This document shows, in pieces, positions 15,358 through 22,672 of a stretch of 32,000 nucleotides of DNA (positions within the stretch are counted from its first letter, which is position 1; the number at the start of each line of letters is the position of its first letter). The position numbers and the translations under genes are program-made. Under the pieces are notes generated by a model. The model did no database searches, had not been told where the DNA came from, and saw nothing but the letters and a program-made list of their open reading frames with translations. The DNA lies in NCBI RefSeq assembly GCF_000189295.2, contig NC_016803.1:720001-752000 (forward strand), given 5' to 3'. The DNA is from Pseudodesulfovibrio mercurii. Lineage in GTDB: Bacteria; Desulfobacterota; Desulfovibrionia; Desulfovibrionales; Desulfovibrionaceae.

Positions 15358-16260
15358 ATGTCCGATACACTCTACGACGTCGTCATTCTCGGCTCCGGCC
15401 CCGGCGGCCTGCAGGCCGCCATCCACGCCTCGCGCAGGAAGGCCAAAACCCTCATGCTCGGCCGCATAGACAACTCCAGCCTGTACTGGGCCCACGTTGA
15501 GAACTACTGCTGCCAGATCAAGATATCCGGCGAGGAAATCCTGAAGAAGGGCCGCGAACAGGCCGAGAGCTTCGGGACCGAATTCCGCAACGAGGACGTC
15601 CTGGCCATCGAGCCGGACGGCAGGCTCTTCTCCCTCAAGCTCGAATCCGGCGACGCGGTCCGGGCCAAGACCATCATTCTGGCCACCGGGTCCAGCCGCA
15701 ACAAGCTGGGCGTGCCCGGCGAAAAGGCGCTGCTCGGCAAGGGCGTGAGCTACTGCGTGGACTGCGACGCGGGCTTCTACAGAAACGAGGTGGTGGCCGT
15801 GGCCGGGTGCCGCAGCGCCGCCGCGGGCGGGGCCGTGGCCCTGACCCACTTCGCCAGCGAGGTGCACCTCTATTGCCAGGAGCTGGACGTCAACGAGGGA
15901 CTGCGCAGGCAACTCGCCGAGACCGGCGTGCACGTCCACGAGGGCGTGTCCATCCAGGAGATCCGGGGGGAGAACGCGGTCGAATCCGTGCTCCTGGACG
16001 ACGGCTCCACCCAGGCCGTCAGCGGCGTGTTCATCGAACTGGGCGCCAAGGGCGTGCTGGAGCTGACCGCCATGCTCGGCGTGCGGCTGGACGAGAACAT
16101 GAAGTACATCGAGGCGGACAAGAAGCAGCGCACCAACGTGGAGGGCGTCTACGCCGCGGGCGACATCTGCGGGCCGCCCCTCCAGATGGCCAAGGCCGTG
16201 GGCGAGGGCTGCGTGGCGGGCATCGAAGCCGCCACCTACGCCAAGAAGCTCGAAGCCTAG
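15358..16260 (+). CDS. Thioredoxin-reductase-like FAD-dependent oxidoreductase (atypical)
   Basis: FAD motif VVILGSGPGGLQAA, redox motif CVDC in the position of CATC, and the terminal GVYAAGD. The second dinucleotide motif is degenerate (VAVAGCRSAAAGGA). Confidence 0.85.
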   Translation: MSDTLYDVVILGSGPGGLQAAIHASRRKAKTLMLGRIDNSSLYWAHVENYCCQIKISGEEILKKGREQAESFGTEFRNEDVLAIEPDGRLFSLKLESGDAVRAKTIILATGSSRNKLGVPGEKALLGKGVSYCVDCDAGFYRNEVVAVAGCRSAAAGGAVALTHFASEVHLYCQELDVNEGLRRQLAETGVHVHEGVSIQEIRGENAVESVLLDDGSTQAVSGVFIELGAKGVLELTAMLGVRLDENMKYIEADKKQRTNVEGVYAAGDICGPPLQMAKAVGEGCVAGIEAATYAKKLEA

Positions 16261-16270
16261 ACCGAAACGG

Positions 16271-16900
16271 CTAGGTTCCCGGGATGCGGCAGCAGACCTG
16301 GGCCTCGATGAAACCGGATATCCGCTTGCGGGCATCCGGTTCGTCGTTGTTGAAGCGCAGGACCGCGTAGTGGGCGTGGTTCCGCATGAAGGTCTTGACC
16401 ACGGTGCAGCCCACGCCGATGCCCTCCCCGGCCATGTCGAAGGGATGGAAGGTCAGGCGCACGCGCCCGCCCTTTTCCGCCGGGCAGCCGTCCGGGCCGT
16501 CGTCCACGAAACGAACGCGGGCGCAGCTGTCGGACATGTCCTCCAGAACCCCCCGGACGGCCCCCTTCCCGTTGGCCACGAAGGCCGGGAAGGTGCAGCA
16601 ACAGCGCGGTTCGCAACGCTCCTCGGCGTCGAAGACCCTCTGGGGGGCGGCCAGTTCGAACAGGGTGCCCGGCGTGTCCAGGGTTTGCAGGACGCGGGTG
16701 GTAAAGCCGAGCAGCCTGCCGTCGTAGGCGTAGCGGACCAAGGCGAAGGTGTCGGTGGCAAGGCGCTTGACGACCGCGTCGGGCACGTCGGCGAAGACCG
16801 TCAGGCGGCCGTCCTCGCCGAGCCCGGCGACCAGCCCGAGGAAGCGGTCCTCAAAGGTGGAAACCTCCAGAATGATGCTGTCTCCCACGGCGATGTCCAT
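16271..16900 (-). CDS. PilZ-domain protein (YcgR-like two-domain layout)
   Basis: RxxxR-like RCEPR and a D-x-S-x-x-G-like motif (EDMSDSCARV) in the C-terminal half. A GGAGG RBS precedes it. Confidence 0.65.
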   Translation of the reverse strand: MDIAVGDSIILEVSTFEDRFLGLVAGLGEDGRLTVFADVPDAVVKRLATDTFALVRYAYDGRLLGFTTRVLQTLDTPGTLFELAAPQRVFDAEERCEPRCCCTFPAFVANGKGAVRGVLEDMSDSCARVRFVDDGPDGCPAEKGGRVRLTFHPFDMAGEGIGVGCTVVKTFMRNHAHYAVLRFNNDEPDARKRISGFIEAQVCCRIPGT

Positions 16901-16966
16901 GCCGACCTCCCCCTATGCTTGCGGTAAACTATGGCCTTTCGGACCGCAATTATATATACGCCTTGC

Positions 16967-17254
16967 ATGCTCAAAACGCTCGGAATGATCGCCTGGATCG
17001 GATGCCTGATGACCCTGGCCTGGCAGGGCGCGGCCTGGGCCGTGACCGGGTCCTGGCCCTCCATAACCCTCATGACCGTGCTCGGCAAACTGCTCGGCAT
17101 GGACCTGCTGACCCTGGCCGGGAACCTCCCCCTGGACGTGGCCGCCAAGGCGGCATACGTGCTCGTGACCACGGAAGTGGCTGTTTTCCTGTGGTGGTCC
17201 GGAGTGGCCCTGTTTGGTCTGATGTTCGCCCTCGGCCTCCTTGGCCGAAAGTAA
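16967..17254 (+). CDS. Small hydrophobic membrane or secreted protein upstream of the rnf-associated cytochrome
   Basis: GC3-rich codons and a signal-like N-terminus (MLKTLGMIAWIGCLMTLAWQGAAWA) plus further TM helices. The start is uncertain among 16931, 16967 and 16985. Confidence 0.45.
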   Translation: MLKTLGMIAWIGCLMTLAWQGAAWAVTGSWPSITLMTVLGKLLGMDLLTLAGNLPLDVAAKAAYVLVTTEVAVFLWWSGVALFGLMFALGLLGRK

Positions 17255-17381
17255 ATTCTGCATAATCCCGATTCTTCCGGACGACGCTCGTCGTAACCCG
17301 AAAACCCCTTTAGGGTATGGACTAAACCCCACGGTTTCAGCTACAAGTTTGTATTCCGCTCTAACCCATGAGGTCGCTCCA

Positions 17382-18122
17382 TTGCAGAAACGGTATCTTC
17401 CCATCGCCATCGTGACCGGCATCCTCTTTCTTGTCGCCGCAGGCGGCTATCTGGCCCCTGCCGGCTCCGAGGGACCGCCCGTGCGCGTGCTCCTGGAGAA
17501 CAAGGGGGGCAAGGTCATCCTGAACCATGCGCAACACATCGGCGACATGGACGGCCGATGCGTCGACTGCCACCACACCTCGGACGCGGACCGGGATCCG
17601 GTCGCCTGCTCCACCTGCCACGTGGCCAAGTTCGACGAGAACTTCAAGGTCGCGCACCAGGACGCCATGGACGAAAAACAGTGCGGGGCCTGCCACCACG
17701 CCGGGGCGACCATCGCCAGGTTCAACCACGACGAGCACGCCGAGAACTACGCCTCCGGCGACTGCCTCTCCTGCCACCACGGCAAGGACATCGAGCCCGA
17801 ACCCCAGGCCTGCTCCAACTGCCACAAGGACGGAGCCGAATCCCGGCCGAGCCTGCGCGACGCGGCCCACGCCCGGTGCGCGGACTGCCACGACGACTTC
17901 TACAAGGAAGGGGCCGTGGGCTGCACCCGCTGCCACGAGCGCAAGGCCGAACCGGCCGACCAGACGGACTACCAGGCCTGCGCCGACTGCCACACCGGGA
18001 CCGTGGACAGGCTGATCCCCACCACCATGACGGCCTACCACGACCAGTGCCGGGGCTGCCACGAAAAGAACGGCAGCGGCCCGTTCAGCGACGACGCCTG
18101 CTACCAATGCCATATGAAATAA
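17382..18122 (+). CDS. Decaheme cytochrome c (rnf-associated)
   Basis: Ten CxxCH motifs: CVDCH, CSTCH, CGACH, CLSCH, CSNCH, CADCH, CTRCH, CADCH, CRGCH and CYQCH. An N-terminal anchor (QKRYLPIAIVTGILFLVAAGG) follows. I prefer the TTG at 17382 (GAGG 7 nt upstream); the track ORF's TTG at 17241 adds an AT-rich segment that looks non-coding. Confidence 0.85.
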   Translation: MQKRYLPIAIVTGILFLVAAGGYLAPAGSEGPPVRVLLENKGGKVILNHAQHIGDMDGRCVDCHHTSDADRDPVACSTCHVAKFDENFKVAHQDAMDEKQCGACHHAGATIARFNHDEHAENYASGDCLSCHHGKDIEPEPQACSNCHKDGAESRPSLRDAAHARCADCHDDFYKEGAVGCTRCHERKAEPADQTDYQACADCHTGTVDRLIPTTMTAYHDQCRGCHEKNGSGPFSDDACYQCHMK

Positions 18123-18136
18123 GGGACCGAAGCACC

Positions 18137-19342
18137 ATGAGCGATTTCAACTTCAGCCTGCTGTGCGGCGAGACCGGGCCTTTGACCACGGCCTCCCGGC
18201 CCGACATGCTGCGCCTTCCCATGGAGGGCATGACCCCGGTCCTGGCCGTGGGCGAGCAGGTCCTGGCGGGCGCCAGGGTGGCCGTAGGCAACGGCCCGGA
18301 CAAGGGCGACCTGCACGCCCCCCTGGCCGGAACCATCCTTGAACTGGAGCCCCACTCCATGCTCATCGAGGCGGACGCCGGGGGCAGGACCGAACCCGTC
18401 TCCCCCTGCGCCGAGGGCGGCGAGCCGCTCAGGCGTTGGCTCAAATCCATGGGCGTGGACGTGGGCCTGATGTACAAGGCCCCCACCCTGATCATCAACG
18501 CGGTTCCGCCCGAGCCCGGCATCTCGGTCTACGAGCCCCTGCTGCGCGACTACCGCAAGACCCTGCAACTGGGCCTGGACACGGTCCAGAAGGTCGTCGA
18601 GCCGGGCAGGATGTTTCTGGTGGCGGCCAAGGGCAACCAATCCACGGCCTTTGCCAACTGCACCGTGGTCCACGTCACCCCGGTCTACCCCAACGGGCTC
18701 GACCCCCTGGTCTTCAAGGCGGTCCTCAAGGAGGAGGTCCTGCCCGGCTCCCGGCCGGACAAGGCCACCATCCTGTCGGTCAAGGACCTGTACGCCGTGG
18801 GCCGGGTCATGGAGACGGGCCGTCCCGTGACCGAGACGCCCATGACCATCGGCGGGCAAAACCTGCTGGTCCGCGTGGGCACGCCCGTGGGCTTCCTGGC
18901 CGTCGAGGCCGGGGCCCGGCTCCAGCCCGGCGACCGCGCCGTCCTGGGCGGCCCCCTGCGCGGCCTGGCCGCGGTCAACCTGGAACAGGGCGTGGACAAG
19001 GACACCAGCGGCCTGACCCTCATGCGCCAAGACGCCAGCCTCGAGACCACGGACAACTTCTGCCTGGGTTGCGGGGCATGCGAGCGCCACTGTCCGGCCC
19101 GGATCATGCCCGGCATGATCAGCCGATGCGCCGAATTCAAGCAGTTCCAGCGGGCCGAGGCCTACCACATCCACTCCTGCATGGAGTGCGGCCTGTGCGG
19201 CTACTGGTGCACGGCAAGGCGCCCGCTGCTGCAATACATCCGCCTGGCCAAGTACGAGCTGGCCCTGCTGGCCGGCGCCCACGCCCCGACCGGGCCCACG
19301 GACGAAGAACTCAAGGAGCGGACAGGAGACTCGCAATGCTGA
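18137..19342 (+). CDS. rnfC: Rnf complex subunit C, short form lacking recognisable NADH/FMN-binding motifs
   Basis: RnfC_N-like segment (LHAPLAGTILELEP), SLBB-like region (VRVGTPVGFL...LGGPLRG), and two 4Fe-4S motifs (CLGCGACERHCP, CMECGLCGYWC). The ATG at 18137 lies just after the cytochrome stop. Confidence 0.85.
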   Translation: MSDFNFSLLCGETGPLTTASRPDMLRLPMEGMTPVLAVGEQVLAGARVAVGNGPDKGDLHAPLAGTILELEPHSMLIEADAGGRTEPVSPCAEGGEPLRRWLKSMGVDVGLMYKAPTLIINAVPPEPGISVYEPLLRDYRKTLQLGLDTVQKVVEPGRMFLVAAKGNQSTAFANCTVVHVTPVYPNGLDPLVFKAVLKEEVLPGSRPDKATILSVKDLYAVGRVMETGRPVTETPMTIGGQNLLVRVGTPVGFLAVEAGARLQPGDRAVLGGPLRGLAAVNLEQGVDKDTSGLTLMRQDASLETTDNFCLGCGACERHCPARIMPGMISRCAEFKQFQRAEAYHIHSCMECGLCGYWCTARRPLLQYIRLAKYELALLAGAHAPTGPTDEELKERTGDSQC

Positions 19343-20316
19343 AGCCGCTGAATCCCATCCTGACCGTGGCCGTCGCGCCCCACGTGCACTGCGGACGGAC
19401 CATCCGGCGCCACATGATCGACACCCTCGTCGCGCTCTTGCCCGCGGCCCTCATGGCCGTGGTCGTCTTCGGCATGGGGGCGCTCAGGGTCATGGCCCTG
19501 TCCTGCGCCGTGGCCGTGACCACCGAGGCCCTGCTCAACCGGATCATGAAACGCGAACAGTCCGTGGACGACTACAGCGCCCCGGTCACCGGCCTGCTCT
19601 TCGCCTTCCTGCTCCCGGCCTCAAGCCCGTGGTGGCTGGTGACCATCGGGTCGTCCGCCTCCATCACCCTGGGCAAGATGATTTTCGGCGGCCTGGGCGG
19701 CAGCCCGCTCTGCCCGCCCCTGGTAGGCTGGGCCATGTGCCGCATCTCCTGGGGGAGCTGGATGGACACCAACGCGACCATGCTCTCCTCCCAGCTGGCC
19801 GCGCCCCTGCAACAGCTCAAGTATTTCGGCGTGGAGTCCATCGCCTCCATCCACTACCAGGACCTGTTCCTGGGCAACCAGCTCGGCGGCCTGGGGGCCG
19901 TCCACGTGGGCGCCCTGCTGGTGGGCGCCGCCTACCTCCTGCTGCGTGGGCACATCTCCTGGGAGATCCCGGCCGGGTTCCTCGGCGGACTGCTGCTGAC
20001 GGCCTGGATCTACCGCTTCATGGACCCCGCGGCCTACGCCCCGCCCCTGTTCCACCTGCTGGCGGGCGGCGCGGTCTTCGGAGCCTTCTTCCTGGCCACG
20101 GACCCGTCGTCCAGCCCCATCGGCAGGCTGCCCGACGTGATCTTCGGGCTCATGGCCGGGGCCATGGTCATCGTCATCCGGGTGTACGGCACGTACCCCG
20201 ACGGCGTGCCTTTCGCCATCCTCCTGGCCAACCTGTTCACCCCGCTTCTGGACCGCATCCGGCCCCGCCCCTTCGGCGGCCCCTACTCCTTCCTAAACGG
20301 CAGGGAGGGCGCATAG
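19336..20316 (+). CDS. rnfD: Rnf complex subunit D
   Basis: Polytopic membrane protein with the NqrB/RnfD signatures GKMIFGGLGGSPLCPPLVGW, TNATML and FLATDPSSSP...YPDGVPFAILLANLFTPLLD. It overlaps the rnfC stop (ATGCTGA). Confidence 0.92.
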   Translation: MLKPLNPILTVAVAPHVHCGRTIRRHMIDTLVALLPAALMAVVVFGMGALRVMALSCAVAVTTEALLNRIMKREQSVDDYSAPVTGLLFAFLLPASSPWWLVTIGSSASITLGKMIFGGLGGSPLCPPLVGWAMCRISWGSWMDTNATMLSSQLAAPLQQLKYFGVESIASIHYQDLFLGNQLGGLGAVHVGALLVGAAYLLLRGHISWEIPAGFLGGLLLTAWIYRFMDPAAYAPPLFHLLAGGAVFGAFFLATDPSSSPIGRLPDVIFGLMAGAMVIVIRVYGTYPDGVPFAILLANLFTPLLDRIRPRPFGGPYSFLNGREGA

Positions 20317-20892
20317 ATGAAGGATATGATCAAGATGGTCCTGGTCCTGTCGCTCATCTGCGGGCTGTCCGGACTGACCCTGGCCTCGGTGCGCCACGCC
20401 ACCTCCGCGCGCATCGAGGAGCAGGTCATGACCTACGTGCAGGGCCCGGCCCTGAAGGACATCTTCTCGAACTACGACAACAACCCGATCAAGGACCGCA
20501 AGACCTTCGACCTGCCGACCGGGACAGTGACCGTGTTCCCGGCCATGAAGGACGGCAAGCTCCTGGGCGTGGCGCTGGAGACCTTCGGCAAGGGGTTCGG
20601 CGGCCCGGTGGGCATCATGGTCGGCTTCAACACCGACGGCAGCGAGTTGGTCGGCATCGGCACGACCACCCTCAAGGAGACGCCCGGCCTGGGCATGCGC
20701 CTGACCGAGCCGGACTACCGCGACCAGTTCCGGGGCCACAGCACCAAGTCCGTGGAGCTGACCAAGAACGGCGGCGACATCGCGGCCATCGCCGGGGCGA
20801 CCATCTCGTCCACGGGCAGCGTGGCCGCGGTCAACGAAGCGATCCGGATTTTCAACCAGATCAAGGACAAGATCCACGCCACGTGGTCCTGA
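20317..20892 (+). CDS. rnfG: Rnf complex subunit G (FMN-binding)
   Basis: N-terminal TM helix, ETPGLG, and the flavinylation-site context AIAGATISSTGS. Confidence 0.9.
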   Translation: MKDMIKMVLVLSLICGLSGLTLASVRHATSARIEEQVMTYVQGPALKDIFSNYDNNPIKDRKTFDLPTGTVTVFPAMKDGKLLGVALETFGKGFGGPVGIMVGFNTDGSELVGIGTTTLKETPGLGMRLTEPDYRDQFRGHSTKSVELTKNGGDIAAIAGATISSTGSVAAVNEAIRIFNQIKDKIHATWS

Positions 20893-20905
20893 CAAGGAAA
20901 GCGCC

Positions 20906-21583
20906 ATGAGCACATTGTGGAAGGAATTCTCCAAGGGACTGTGGACGGACCTGCCGCCGTTCAAACTGGTCCTGGGGCTGTGCCCCACCCTGGCCGTGAC
21001 CAAGACGGCCTACAACGGCTTCGGTATGGGCGTGGCCGTCATCTTCGTCCTGGCCCTGTCCAACATGCTGGTCTCCATGCTCAGCCGGATCATCCCCTCC
21101 AAGGTGCGCATCGCCTGCTTCATCGTGGTGGCGGCCTCCCTGGTGGTCTGCGTCGAGCTGCTCATGCAGGCCTACGCCTACCCCCTGTACCAGCAGCTCG
21201 GCATCTTCGTGCCCCTCATCGTGGTCAACTGCATCATCCTGGGACGGGCCGAGGCCTTCGCCTCCAAGAACCCGGTGCTGCTGTCCATCGCCGACGGCCT
21301 GGGCATGGGGTTGGGCTACACCCTGTCGCTGACCTTCCTGGGCTCCCTGCGCGAGCTGTTCGGCTACGGGACCTGGTTCGGCATGCAGGTCATGGGCGGC
21401 TGGTTCAAACCCTTCGGCTTCATGGTCGAGGCGCCGGGCGCCTTTGTCTGCCTGGGCGTACTCCTGGCGGGGATGAACGCCCTGACCAATTGGCAACGGA
21501 AAACCAAGGGACTCGAGGCCATCCAGGGCCCGGTCCACGATTGTAAAACCTGCGGCATGTGTGCCAGCAAACCGAGGATGTAA
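20906..21583 (+). CDS. rnfE: Rnf complex subunit E
   Basis: LVLGLCPTLAVT...GIFVPLIVVNCIILGRAEAFA, which is the NqrD/RnfE pattern. The C-terminal tail ends HDCKTCGMCASKPRM. Confidence 0.93.
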   Translation: MSTLWKEFSKGLWTDLPPFKLVLGLCPTLAVTKTAYNGFGMGVAVIFVLALSNMLVSMLSRIIPSKVRIACFIVVAASLVVCVELLMQAYAYPLYQQLGIFVPLIVVNCIILGRAEAFASKNPVLLSIADGLGMGLGYTLSLTFLGSLRELFGYGTWFGMQVMGGWFKPFGFMVEAPGAFVCLGVLLAGMNALTNWQRKTKGLEAIQGPVHDCKTCGMCASKPRM

Positions 21584-21585
21584 TC

Positions 21586-22083
21586 ATGAAACGACTGCTC
21601 ATATTCCCCCTGCTCCTTCTGACCCTGGCCCTGTGCGCCTCCCCGGCCCTGGCCGAACGGCCCACCGACCAGAGCCTGATGACCATGTTCGAGGCCTCCG
21701 GAACCGTGGATACCGTGCAGACGATGATGGCCAAGCTCCTTGCCGTGGCCCAGATCCAGCTGAAAAAGAAGCTGCCCAACCTGCCGGAAGAGGCGGGCCA
21801 GATCATCAACGAGGAAATGCACAACGCCGTGCAGAAGACCATGAACGACGTGCTCGCCAAACAGACGGCCTACTACGCCGAGCGTCTGACCCAGCAGGAC
21901 GTGGACGACCTCATCGCCCTCTACGACACACCGGTCTGGAAGAAGCAGTTCGAGGTCACCCAGCAGTACGCCCGGGAGGAGTACGGCAAGATGCTGCGGG
22001 AGGACATCCCGAAAATGACCAACGACATGATGGCCCGCATCGCCACCCGCCTGAAGGAAGCCGGATACATCAAGGACAAGTAG
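21586..22083 (+). CDS. Secreted DUF2059-like protein encoded inside the rnf operon
   Basis: Sec signal MKRLLIFPLLLLTLALCASPALA and a DUF2059-like segment (LTQQDVDDLIALYDTPVWKKQFEV). The ATG at 21586 follows the rnfE stop by 2 nt. Confidence 0.65.
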   Translation: MKRLLIFPLLLLTLALCASPALAERPTDQSLMTMFEASGTVDTVQTMMAKLLAVAQIQLKKKLPNLPEEAGQIINEEMHNAVQKTMNDVLAKQTAYYAERLTQQDVDDLIALYDTPVWKKQFEVTQQYAREEYGKMLREDIPKMTNDMMARIATRLKEAGYIKDK

Positions 22084-22084
22084 C

Positions 22085-22660
22085 ATGGATTACTTCGTAC
22101 TCGTCATCGCCGCCATCTTCGTCAACAACATCGTGTTGGCGCAGTACCTGGGCAACTGCCCGTTCATCGGCACGTCCAAGAACTCGGGCGTGGCCATGGG
22201 CATGGGCATGGCCGTGGTCTTCGTGGCCACCATGGCCGCGGTCATCACCTGGTGCGTCCAGAAATTCCTGCTCACGCCCAACGACCTGGACTATCTCCAG
22301 ACCATCGCCTTCATCCTGGTCATCGCCGCCCTGGTCCAGTTCGTGGAGATGTTCCTGAAAAAGGCCGTGCCGCCGCTGTACAAGTCGCTCGGCATCTTCC
22401 TGCCGCTGATCACGACCAACTGCGCGGTGCTCGGCATCGCCATCATCTGCCAGCGCGAGGAATACTCCCTGCTCGAGACCCTGATCTTCTCGGTGGCCTC
22501 GGGCGCGGGCTTCCTCCTCGCCCTGGTCCTGCTGGCGGGCATCCGCGAGCGGCTGGACCTGTCCAGGGTGCCCATGGCCATGCGCGGCACCCCGCTGGCC
22601 CTGATCATGGCGGGCCTCATGTCGCTGGCCTTCTTCGCCTTCAAGGGCATGGCCTCCTAG
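22085..22660 (+). CDS. rnfA: Rnf complex subunit A
   Basis: FVNNIVLAQYLGNCPFIG...GIFLPLITTNCAVLG, which is the NqrE/RnfA pattern. The product is 191 aa. Confidence 0.95.
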   Translation: MDYFVLVIAAIFVNNIVLAQYLGNCPFIGTSKNSGVAMGMGMAVVFVATMAAVITWCVQKFLLTPNDLDYLQTIAFILVIAALVQFVEMFLKKAVPPLYKSLGIFLPLITTNCAVLGIAIICQREEYSLLETLIFSVASGAGFLLALVLLAGIRERLDLSRVPMAMRGTPLALIMAGLMSLAFFAFKGMAS

Positions 22661-22672
22661 GAGTTTGACGCT

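Noticed and set aside
17558-18136. Upstream extension of the rnfC frame (track ORF 17558-19342), and similarly the extensions at 12681-13889 and 18436-19335.
   Set aside because: The extensions overlap the decaheme cytochrome, response regulator and rnfC genes out of frame, with Arg/Pro-rich translations. Internal ATG starts adjacent to the preceding stops fit much better.
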